Assembly (NCBI RefSeq): GCF_009914755.1
Contig: NC_060932.1
From: the human T2T-CHM13v2.0 reference genome, Homo sapiens
Length of the DNA: 64,000 nucleotides
Strand: one strand, 5' to 3'
The position numbers and the translations under genes are program-made. The stretch's first letter is position 1. Every line of letters begins with the position of its first letter. Positions 14,216 to 26,110 of the stretch are shown piece by piece. The notes beneath the pieces are model-generated. The model saw only the letters and a program-made list of their open reading frames with translations, did not search any database and was not told the origin of the DNA.

Positions 14216-15377
14216 TGACTTTGATCTCTGGGGCTGGCCATTCCTAGTCTGTCTCCCCCACCACCAGGTCCCCAGCACAGTGCCTGACACACGGGAGATG
14301 CTTTAATAAAAGGCTTTTGAGTGGATGTGTGACCAGGAGGGCTGCCTGGAGGGGGGCACGGGAGCCCTGTGGCTGCCCTGCGGATCCAAGTCTGAGGCTT
14401 TGGAGCCGTGGGTGCCTCATGCTGCCGGGTCCCACCTTGTGCCTGGGCTTCTGTCCCAACAGCTCCTCGTCTGCTTCCGCAGGAGACTTGCAGGCAGGGG
14501 GAATGGCCGGGGCTAAGGTGTTGGCCCAGATTCCTGGCTCACCGTGTCAGGAAGGAAAGGGTCCAAAGTGACCCCAGCCTCAGAGTGAGGGAAACCGTCT
14601 CCCAGCTCCCAGGACCCAGTGCAGCCCCGCGGTGCCACAGCCCATCGGATGCAATGCCTGGGCCCAGGGCCCCACCCGTGAGGGCCCAGCAGGGTGGCAG
14701 CCACCGGGAGGGTGGGGACAAGCCTCTCCTGGAAGGCTCCAGCCAGCTCTCAGGGAACCTCTGCTTCCCTCCCCCTCCAGGGCTGTGTCTGTCACCTGCC
14801 TGGCTGCCCCAGGTCTCCAGGCCTGACCAAGCACAGGGAGACACTGAAGCCCTCGTGCCTGGTCTGGAGTCACTCTGCCACCTTGAGGCGACATCTGGGA
14901 ACTGCACCCCACTCCAGCCAGGCCCACCTGAGCGCTCGCTGCCTGAGCCCCCTCTCCAAAGCCCGCCCCAGCTCCCTAAGGAAGCCTGTTCATTCTGCAA
15001 AGCTCTGGGAATCTCTGTTCTGGAAAGGCCCAGAGATCCCCGAGACACTCTTTCACACGGAGCAGTCCTGTCCTGAGCCTCCTGTCCTCCAGGTCTCTGC
15101 TCTCATCCGGGCCTTCCCTGTGACCTGGGGTAGGAAGGAGTCCCTCCTCCGCCCACACTCCTTCTTCCCTGTTCTCCTCTGTGCCTCTCCACCAGTCATG
15201 TTCTGTAAAGCTGTGTGTTTACGGTGTCTGTTCCCCTAGAGTGTCGGCTTCTGAGGGCGTGACATGTTGTTCCCTGCTCTTCCCCGTGACTGGAACAGCA
15301 ACGGCACATAAAAGACTCTCGGCAAATGTTTGATGAGTGAATGAGCAACACCAGATCCGGAACAAGCCACCAAGACT

Positions 15378-16050
15378 GGGGCGGGGCGGGGCGGGGAGTG
15401 GGGGAAGGGGAGAGGGAGGAAGGAAGGGAAGGAAAGAAAAGGAGGAAAAAGGAGTGGGAAGGGAAGGGAAAAGGAGGGACGGGAAGGGGAAGGTGCCAGC
15501 TTGGGATTTCGAGCCTGGGTAGTGCCTGCTAACGGGGTTGGCCGGAGCAGCAGAGCACCGGGAGGCCCAGGGATGTGGCGAGGCAGCCGCGGTGTCAGAA
15601 AGAGGAAGGCAGGAGGCTGAGGCCGAGGGCCCTGGAATCTCGCACATTCCAGGGTTCAGAAAGATCACGGTGGGGTCCACCTCTGGAGTCCACAAAAGGT
15701 AAGTGCGGGGTGGGGATAAGTCTAGAAGCAGCTCTGCAAAACAGTGCAGGCTTCCAGTCCACCGGAAGCTCAAAGAGGAGAGAAAAGACATGGGCTCTCG
15801 GGGAGGGAGGGGGCGTTGTTGGAGGCCCGGTCTTTGGGTGAGGGGTGATGCCCCTGTGTCAGAGGCCACCGGCTGGCGCACGCCTGGACCACTACGCTCA
15901 CCCCTCGGCGGCTCACTCTGGGAAGAGTGTTGCAAGAGAGGTTGTCGAGTGACAAGGGTGGCGGGAATTGCGGAGCTATAAATAGGAGCGGTGACTGCAG
16001 TAGCTGAGATGTGTGGTTTGGGGATGTCATGGCTCCGTGAAGCCAGAGCG
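15378..16050 (+). promoter_or_regulatory. GC/CpG-enriched promoter-like region: 3 tandem GC boxes, purine tract, consensus donor AAG|GTAAGT (GT 15699-15700), CTATAAATAG at 15976-15985
   Basis: GGGGCGGGGCGGGGCGGGG at about 15378-15396; visibly raised CpG density; perfect 5' splice site. Confidence 0.55.
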
Positions 16051-16141
16051 TGGTCTTCCAGCCTGCCCACTGCCATCTGCTGGGCTACAGCGAGGCTGAT
16101 GTGGCTCAGCATAGGATTCTGTACTCTTGGTCAAAGCTGAG

Positions 16142-16455
16142 GGCTGGGTCGGACACCGTGGCTCACACCTGTAATCCCAGCACTTTGAGAGGCTTGAGGT
16201 GGGAGGATCATTTGAGCCCAGGAGTACAAGGCCAGCCTGGGAAACATAGGGGGAACTTGTATCTACAAAAAATAATTAGCTAGGTGTGATTGCACACTCC
16301 TGTGTGCAATCAGCTACTCAGGAGGTGGAGGTGGGAGGATCACTTGAGCCTGGAAGGGTGAGGCTTCAGTGGGCCTTGATTGGGCCACTGAACTTCTGCC
16401 TGAGCAACAGAGTGAGACCCTGTGTTTTTTGTTTGTTTGTTTGTTTTGTTTGTCA
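16142..16455 (+). mobile_element. AluJ
   Basis: gtggctcacacctgtaatcccagc...gaggatcatttgagcccagg; tail degenerated to (TTTG)n. Confidence 0.8.
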
Positions 16456-18159
16456 AGAGGAGGCAGCAGAGGGCTGCCTGTAGGTGGTGAGTTCTCCATG
16501 TGCGACCAGGAGGGCTTCCTGGAGGGGGCAACAGGAGCACCGTGGCTGCCCTGCAGAGCCAAGTCTAAGGCTTTGGAGCTGCCTGAGGCTGGGTTGACAG
16601 GGTGTGTGGTCAGTTTTCGGATGCTGGATGCCTTGTTACTGCAGAGGCATTCAAAAGTGCAACTAGCTGCTGGGATTGATGTGAAGAGCATCAAGGGGAC
16701 TTGATCCTGTTGCAGGGAGGGATTTAGGGGTGAGATAGGGAACTGGCTAGCGCCGAGGGTTATAGGGGTCTGTGGCAACCCTGGGGTCATGCGGCTAAGC
16801 TTTGTCTGGGGCTGTTTAGTTCCCTTAGTGTTCAGTGTATGGCAGGCTTTGCTCATGGCTTTTTCTGCATCGTTACAGCCTCAATAGCCTTACTCTGTCC
16901 ATGCAATGATTCTCATTTTACAGGCAAGGGACCTGGGACATAGAGGCTCACGTTCTTGGGGCTAAGTTTTGAGCCATGGCCAGCTTCATTCTGGAAGCTG
17001 GCTCAGCTCAGGGGAGCCTAGTTCCCCTGGGCATAAGTGACACCGAGCCCTGCCTTTGCTCCTTGGACCTCAGATGGGGGCTGTCTTCCTGTCCCCATCT
17101 GTGCCCAGCAGCTGCTCACGCAGCATCTGAGCCTCAGGGTAATCTGAGGACAGCGCTCTGGCAAGAAGCTCTGCAGGGAGGGGCCCAGCATTCACACACG
17201 CAAGCAAAGAGCAATAAGCCAGGACTAAAGATAGAAGATGCCTCTTACTGGGCCGGTTCTGATGTAAAAATGCAGAACTCAGAATTAAACATGCACTTTG
17301 CATTGCAGAGCAACAGTGCCCAATTAAGCTATTCTGGGCTAGGACGCTGAGATGCTTTGTGAGTTTTTACTGCTCAAGACAATGAATAACACATGTCTCT
17401 ACAGTCTCAATTCAAACGATGATTTACGAGCCACACCGAAAGCTTCATTCCAATCCAATGCATATTCTAATGTGATCCTCTTATACCTTAGAAAGCCTGG
17501 GCTTGGTAGCCAGGTGGCCTCTATTTCTTGGTGATTAAAGTCTGGGTCTCGTAGGGAAATGCTTCTGAAGTGTGGAACAGGGACTACTGCTGGTCTGAAA
17601 ACTGCTTGTTACTGGCCCAAGAAGAGATAAGCATAGAAATGGAGAGTAAATGCTTAGAAACCTTTACAGCAACTTAAAGTTAAGTGGGTTATGTGGTTGA
17701 CTGTAATAATAAAGTTTGCAGCCTGGGCAACATGGTGAGACCCCATCTCTCCATAAAATAAAATTAGCCAGGCATGATGGTGCACACCTGTGGTCCCAGA
17801 TACTTAAAAGGCTGAGACAGTAGGATCACTTGAGCCTGGGAGGTTGAGGCTGCAGTGAGTCCTGATTGCACTATTCCCCTCCAGCCTGGGTGATAGAGTG
17901 AGACACTCTCGGAAAAAAAAAAAAAATAGTGTGGGCTTGCATTTTATTTGTTCATTTTCGATTTCATTTTTCGAGTAGTTCAATTTTATGTTTTATGAAA
18001 GTATTGGTTTGAAATAAGTTGGAAATTTCGAAGCAAAACCAAAAACCAAAAGCCCTGGTCTTTTTCCTCACAGATGGTCTGAGAAGCACAGGTGCAGGCC
18101 ACCATGTCCTGTTTGTTGAGGCTGGGTCAACAGAGCACACAGTCAGTTTTCTGTCCCTG

Positions 18160-19590
18160 TTAAAGTTAATATAAAAATTCTATAAATACATACTTTATCT
18201 CCTTTCTTCTCTTAAAATCTATGAGACATAAAGTTAAATAATGTAACAATTATAGTGAGGTATTTTTGGATTTATAACATATGTAGATGTAAATATACGA
18301 AAATAATAGCAAAAAAAAGAGGAGGAGGAAATAGGACTACGTAGGAAGAAAGTTTTGATCTCTTACTAGAAATAAGTTAGTCTAAACCAGAAGTTAATTC
18401 TAATAAGTTGAGATGTGTATTATAAGTTCTAGTGCAACTACTAAGAAAACAACTCAAAAATATAATTAGCATCATTAAAAAATTAAAATGCTACACTAGA
18501 AAATATTGACTTGACACAAAAGGCTATAAAGGAAGGTCAGAGGGACAAAAAGGAAAAGCATCATACAGGAAAACCAACCAAAATGGCATATGTAAATCAA
18601 ACGATATCAATGATCACATTAAGTGTGAGTGGACTAAAAATGCAATTAAAAGACAGAGATTGTCAGACTGGATAAACAAACAAGTTCTATGTGTTGTCTA
18701 CAGGAAACACATTTAAATTCACATATATAAGGTTAAAAATAAAAAGAAACAGATAAACTATGCAAATGATAATGATGAAAGAGCTGATATGGTGCTAATG
18801 ATATCAACAAAATAGACTGTAAAACAAAAAATTCATTAGAGATAAAGGGAGACATTTTATAATGACTAAAGGGTCAATGATTCAGAAAGCTATAACAACT
18901 GTAAACATACGTGCATCTAACAATAGAACATTCAAATATTGGAAGCAAAAAATGACAATTGAAGGAAGAAAGAGACAATTTAATAACAGAAGTTGGAGAC
19001 TTAAATCTCATGTTAAATAATGGATAGAACAACTATACAGAAGATTAACAAGGATATAGAGGATTTTGGCAATACTATAAACCAGCTAGACCTAATAAAC
19101 ATCTATAGAACACGCTACCCAATAATAGCAGAATATACTTTTTAAAATACAGTACATAAAATATTCTTTAGGATAGATCATATTCTAAGCCATAAAGCAA
19201 TTCTCAAATTTTTAAAAGGATTGAAATAATACAAAGTATGTTCTCCAACCTCAGCGGAATTAAATTAGAAATAAATAACAGAAGAATAATTGCAAATATA
19301 TGAAAATTAAACAGCACACTCTTAAATAATCAATGAGTAAAAAGAGCTTACATGGGAAATTAGAAAATACTTTAAGGTCAATGAGAGTGAAAACATAACA
19401 CACAAAAACATATGTGATGCACTAAAGCAGCACTGAGATGGAAATGTCTAGCTGTAAATGCTTATATGATGTAGAAACTAAAAGATGTTCATCTCATAAA
19501 AGTAAAAATTAGAACAGAGAATACTAGAAACCAGGAAGGATAAGGGAAAGGGGAAGATAGGGACAGATTTGTTAAAGGAAACAAAATGGT
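18160..19590 (+). mobile_element. Old L1 fragment covering the ORF2 endonuclease region (decayed)
   Basis: taaaagacagagattgtcagactggat...gttggagacttaaat...ggatagatcatattctaagccataaa. Confidence 0.75.
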
Positions 19591-19591
19591 G

Positions 19592-19671
19592 CCGCTGCAC
19601 TCAGCCTGGGCGACAGAGTGAAGACCTTGGAAAAAAAAAAAAAAGAAAGAAAAGAAAAGAAAAGAAAAGAA

Positions 19672-19722
<51 letters not shown>

Positions 19723-19765
19723 GAAAAGAAAAGAAAAGAAAAGAAAAGAAAGGAAGAAAAAGAAA
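19592..19765 (+). repeat. Alu 3' stub with expanded (AAAAG)n/(GAAA)n tail
   Basis: gcactcagcctgggcgacagagtg followed by about 135 nt pure-purine microsatellite. Confidence 0.9.
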
Positions 19766-20220
19766 TCTGTTGTTCAGGCATGCCTGGCTCTAGGGGCTAT
19801 AAAAATGTCACCAGGATGTGATGTCTTCATGCTTTGACTTCACTCTCAGGGCAGTCACTTCCGCATGGGGCCCCCAGAAGCTCTGGGCTTACATTCTCCA
19901 AGGGTCAGTCCTAGCAGACAGAGAGCTGCTAATCTCAAAGAGCCTGTGCATGTCCCAGGTGAAGTTCTGGGACTTGCCAAGATTGCCAAGCTTGGTTCTT
20001 AGGGCCATCCTGAAAGACATCCTGAGGCCCTGGGTTGAGGGCCTCACATTGGTCAGGCCTGGTCCCATGCAACCTCTGGAGTCAGAGGTAGGGTCTACCT
20101 GTCCATAAGAAATGGATCTTGAGAAAGGTGACATCAGAAACTCGCAATAAGGAAGAGGGTTCCCCCAAATAAACTGGAGCCACTGGGTGCAGAGCAGACA
20201 AAACAGCCACAGACACCTGA

Positions 20221-20658
<438 letters not shown>

Positions 20659-21081
20659 TAACATCAGCAGTTATCCTTGAGGCCAAAGGTTTTCAAACTT
20701 TCCCTTATTGTCTTAGCTTTTTTTTTTTTTTTAATTCCCCCCCGCATGGTGCTTCTAGGCCAAATGAAATACCTAACAATTGCATTTATTACGTTGTTAA
20801 GTTTAAACACCTTAGCAGCAGTGGTCAACTCCATGTCCAACAGACATTGTTGTTTCCCTTGATGTCCAACAGATGTCTCTGTGTGTCTGTTTTGTCCCCA
20901 CACATCCGCACTGGGGCACCACAGTGCAGTTTAGACACTACACTGTGTGACTCTAGGTATGAAAACTCTCTTGGGACACACATGATAATCCTGTAGCCTA
21001 ACTAATCACAATTGACTGGATAATGTTTAAACTGACAATTTCCATATCATGACAAAACATTGCTTTCACGGGTGAAACAGG

Positions 21082-21393
21082 GCCAGGTGCGGTGACTTAA
21101 TGCCTGTAATCACAGCACTTTGGGAGGCCATGGCAGGAGGACTGCTTGAGCCCAGGAGTTTGAGACCAGCCTGGGCAACATAGTGAAACTCCCATCTCTA
21201 CAAAAAATTTTAAAAAATGAGCCAGGTGTGGTGATGTGCGCCTGTAGTCCCAGCTATTAGAGAGGCTGGGACTCAGCTATTAGAGAGGCTGAGTTGGGAG
21301 GATTGCCTGAGATATAGGTGGCAGTGAGCTGTGATCATGGCACTGCACTCCAGCCTGGGCGACAGAGTGAGGCCATGTCTCAAAAAAAGAAAA
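21082..21393 (+). mobile_element. AluJ with internal ~23-bp duplication
   Basis: cagctattagagaggctg occurs twice (21251-21291); flanked by gtgaaacag TSD. Confidence 0.8.
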
Positions 21394-21462
21394 GTGAAAC
21401 AGCAACATTGCTTCCACCTCATTTTCTAAGAAGCCCCTTCACAGTACAGAAGCTCTTCCCCC

Positions 21463-21929
21463 ATATTAGTCAGGTTTTCCAGAAAAAACAGGAGAGATAG
21501 ATTAGATAGATAGATAGAGCTGATACAGAGATGAGATATAGATGATATAAATATAGATATAGGTACAGATATGAAGCTGTTTATTATAAGGAATTGGCTC
21601 ACCTGATTACAGAGACTGGCAAGCTCAAACCTGGGGTGTGGACTGGCAGGCTCGAGATGCAGGAGAGCTGGTGGTGCTGCTCTGGTTTAGAGACTGGCAG
21701 GCAGAGCCCCAGAAGAGCTGACAATGCAGATGAAGTCTGAAGGTGGGCGGCTGAGGAATTCCCTCTTGTGTGGGGAGGCCAATCATTTTTGTCCTACTCA
21801 GGCCTTCAACGGATTGGATGAGGCTCACCCCATTATGGAGGGCAATCTGCTTCGTCACAGTTTACCAATTTAAACATCAATCTCATCCACAGATCCCCTC
21901 CAAGTTGACAGACAAAAGGAACCACCACA
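21463..21929 (-). mobile_element. MLT2-type LTR with (GATA)n-like tract
   Basis: tattagtcagg...tttattataaggaattggctcac...ggattggatgaggctcaccc. Confidence 0.7.
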
Positions 21930-22417
21930 CTCCCCAGCAGCCTTCACATGAGCAGTACCTTCAACATGCACCCTACCATGTTGGGAGTCCCAGGAGAGTC
22001 AGTCAGTCTTGTTCCTGATAACTCCAGCAGAAGTCTTGGTCTTGCTCTTGTGACCTATAAAGCCCACAGCCCATTGCTGCTCCCATCCCTGTGGCCAAAA
22101 TCAATGTCCTTCTAGGCCAGGCTCGAGTTCTATGCCCACCCCAGCCCCCAGCAAAGGGCCAGCCATCCAGAACTATGCAAATTGGAGAGTGGGTGAAAAG
22201 GGAGGGCCCCCACACAGAAGTCAGAGGGCGGTGAGCAGGAAAGTGGAGTGGACAGTGGTGATGTCCTGAGATGGTGAACACTCCAGCTGGCCACCCTCCA
22301 CTGGGCCTGCCTGAGTCCCAGGTTCTTAGGAGCTTCTGAAAAAATGGCTTCTAGACATTGTAGCTGTAGGACCTCTGGAGGAGTAGGGTTAGAGTGGGAA
22401 AAAGGATAACTAGGAAG

Positions 22418-23113
<696 letters not shown>

Positions 23114-23288
23114 TGAACATGAAGGAGAGAGAAAGAGAGGAGCGCCATCAGCTTGGCTCCAGGATGAGCCAGAAGGGAGAACTGGTGACAGCTTGAGAGG
23201 CGAGGGAAAGGGGAGCTCAGGCCTGCCTGCCTCAAAAGAGAGAAGGCCCAAGGTAGGGAATGGAAAAAAGGTGATTTTGAAAAGTGGG

Positions 23289-23647
23289 TGTGTTAGTCCG
23301 TTTTCACACAGCTGATAAAGACGTACCTGAGACTGGGTAATTTATAAAGAAAAAGAGGTTTATGGACTCACAGTTCCATGTAGCTGGAGACGCCTCACAA
23401 TCATGGTGGAAGGCAAAAGGCACATCTTACATGGCAGCAGGCAAGAGAGAACAAGGGCCAAGCGAAAAGGGAAACCTCTTATAAAACCATCAGATCTCGT
23501 GAGACTTACTCACTACCATGAGAACAGTATGGGGAAACCTCTGCATGACTCAATTATCTCCCAGTGGGTCCCTCCCACAACACGTGGGAATTATGGGAGC
23601 TATAATTCAAGATGAGATTTGAGTGGGGACATAGCCAAACCATATCA
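23289..23647 (-). mobile_element. THE1 solo LTR about 700 bp downstream of the PRSS55 poly(A) signal
   Basis: TG...CA ends and 5-bp TSD GTGGG (23284-23288 / 23648-23652). Confidence 0.9.
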
Positions 23648-24357
23648 GTGGGGTCCTCAGGAAACATGCTCCATAGAAGGGTTACAGTAAGCTGTTGTCT
23701 TTAAGGTAGGGTGAGCATAAGCACATCGTTCGTTTTTATGGACAGGAGTAATGTAAAACACCATGTGAAGGCTGCCTGGGCAGCGTGGTGGTTCATCTCA
23801 TATGTCAACTTGGAGGGTATCTTTGGATGAGATTGACATTTAAATTGATAACTTTTGAATCAACAGATTGCCCATCATAATGTGGGTGGGCCTTGTCCAA
23901 TCCACTGAAGGCCTGCGTAGAACTAAGAGACTAACTTCCTAGAACAACAGGGAATTCTTTGTTCTCATCACCGCTGAGAAGCCCTCTTGAGGGTAATGGC
24001 CACAGACAACAGTCACTGCCTTTACCTTTCAGCCCCTGGACTCAGCCACGCCTGAAGTCATCATGCCAGCCCTGGATATTTGTTTGTTGGCTTTTTTTTT
24101 TTTTCTGTTATATGTATCCATAAATGCCTCATTTTGGCTGAATTCAGTCAGAATTAGGTGACTGTCACCTAGAATGGAAAAAGTCCTGACTAATCCACAG
24201 ACCCAAAGTGCAGTCCCCAAACCAGGGACCCAGGGTGACTCTCTGGTCCTCCTGGTCCCAGCCTCAATTTCCATCCTTGAGCCCTGAGCTGCAGACAGAG
24301 CCTCTGCTGGAGACGCACTTGCATGCACCCTCCCTCGGTTGAAAGAATAGCCTCTAT

Positions 24358-24363
24358 TTTATT
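24358..24363 (-). terminator. PRSS55: PRSS55 proximal poly(A) signal AATAAA, 1 nt after the stop codon
   Basis: Minus strand reads TAC TGA T AATAAA ATAG. Confidence 0.8.
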
Positions 24364-24364
24364 A

Positions 24365-24682
24365 TCAGTACAAAATAGCTCTGAACAACACATGGGACAG
24401 GGGACAGAGCAGGAGCCAGGATCTGGGGCTGCCTGGCTCTGGGACTCCCGAGACTGGGGAGCCCATAGGTTTCTGTTTGACAGAAGTCCTCCTTTTCTCT
24501 GCATTGAAGGGCCTGCCCTCTAGCTGGGTCACTTTCTCGATCCAGAGGTTGTAGTTCACCAACGAGGTGTATATCCCTGGGGTGTTCTTCTCTCCACAGC
24601 TCTTTCCCCAGGTTATGATGCCCACCTGGTACCACTTCTCACCAGGCTCTGGGGTGCAGACCAGAGGCCCCCCACTGTCACC
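24365..24682 (-). CDS. PRSS55: PRSS55 exon 5 (catalytic Ser250 GDSGGP, hydrophobic C-terminal tail, stop)
   Basis: cccacag| acceptor; GDSGGPLVC...GIITWGKSCG...PGIYT...SWLLLCPLSHVLFRAILY-TGA; total 352 aa. Confidence 0.98.
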   Translation of the reverse strand, partial: GDSGGPLVCTPEPGEKWYQVGIITWGKSCGEKNTPGIYTSLVNYNLWIEKVTQLEGRPFNAEKRRTSVKQKPMGSPVSGVPEPGSPRSWLLLCPLSHVLFRAILY

Positions 24683-25004
24683 CTGTGGGCAGAGAACACA
24701 GCTCAGCAGGGAGTCCGGTTCTAAGCTGCCCATCTGAGGCTGGGCACAGCTCATTCATGGAAGATTCCTCAGCCTCCCCAACTCTGGCTGCCAACCCACC
24801 CCATCCCTGCTCCACGGGAGAAGCATGTGGCTGCCAGGTTGGCTCTGGAGGTTGTAGGGGTGTAGAGCGTTGGGGGTGGGGTGCTGTGGATGAGACAGGA
24901 CTGAAGATGGGGAAGGAAGGGGGAGGACTTGGTAAGAAAAGACCACTCCATCTGCAGCACAGAGAGATGCAGGCCAAGGGATGAGTGGAGACTTGTTTTG
25001 AGGG

Positions 25005-25043
25005 TCTTATCAAATGAGAGGCTCTTATCAAATGAGAGGCTCT
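25005..25043. repeat. Perfect 18-bp tandem duplication (TCTTATCAAATGAGAGGC)x2
   Basis: Direct read, PRSS55 intron 4. Confidence 0.95.
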
Positions 25044-25395
25044 GGAAAGGGCAGGAAAGGGAATGGGACATGTGAAGTGTTGCAGGGCTAAGAACTGGGT
25101 CTCCTTTGTGTTCTTGCAGAAGCACAGAGAGAAGGACATTCCTTTTTAATTCAGCCACGCTTTTCAGAATGTGTGACCCTTCCAGGATGGAATCACATGG
25201 TCTGTGACTCGCATAGTTATCCATTTATGTTGAGCTTCTGAACCAAGTCCCTGCCATGCCCCACGTCTACATAAATCAAACAAATGCCCCACATCCTTCC
25301 GTCCACCTTCACACAAGGCAAATGAGCCTGCAGGAGGAGAAAGGGCTTGCTGAGGGTTCTATGGTAGACTGGCTGGGATTGGAACCCAGGATTTT

Positions 25396-26095
25396 CTTTT
25401 TATTAATTTTAAATTAATTATTATGGGTACATAATAGTTTTGTATGTTTATGAGGTACACGTTTTGATATAGGCATACAATGTGCAGTAATTAAATCAGG
25501 GTAATTGGGGTATCCATCCCCTCAAGCGTTTATCATTTCTTTGTATTAAGAACGTTTCAATTCCACTCTTCCAGTTATTTTGAAATATACACTTGTTGTC
25601 TATAATCACTTTATTGTGCTACCAAATACCAGACTTTATTCATTCTAACTAACTGTGTTTTCGTGCTCCTTAACTGGAGTCCCCACCTGCTTTCCTCCCC
25701 AGCCTCTGGTAACCATCATTCTTTATCTCCATGAGTTTTTTTTTAAGCTTCCATTTATAAGTGAGAATATGCATTGTCTTTCTGTACCTGGCTTATTTTA
25801 CTTAATGTAATGTCCTCCAGTTCTATACATGCTGTTGTAAAGGACAGGATTTCATTTTTTATGGCTGAATAATATTCCGTCGTGTATACTGCCTAATTTT
25901 CTTTATCAATTCATCCATTCGTGGAAACTTAGGTTGGTTCCAAATCTTGGCTATTGTGAATAGTGCTCCTATAAAAATGCAAGTGCAGATGTCTCTTCGA
26001 TATACTGATTTCCTTTCTTTTGGACGTATACCCAGAAGTGGGGTTGCTGGATCATATGGTAGTTCTATTTTTAATTTTTTTAGTACCCTCCATCC
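25396..26095 (-). mobile_element. L1MA-type 3' fragment
   Basis: L1 3'UTR and ORF2 C-terminus (ELPYDPATPLLGI...WNQPK). Confidence 0.8.
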
Positions 26096-26110
26096 TGTAA
26101 CCCAAGATTT

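Noticed and set aside
14408-16112. Overlapping 170-297-aa ORFs on both strands
   Set aside because: Low-complexity Pro/Ser/Gly products expected from GC-rich, stop-poor DNA; no recognisable domain; many use non-ATG starts
19569-19821. Lys/Arg/Glu-rich and Phe/Ser-rich ORFs
   Set aside because: Translations of the (GAAA)n microsatellite
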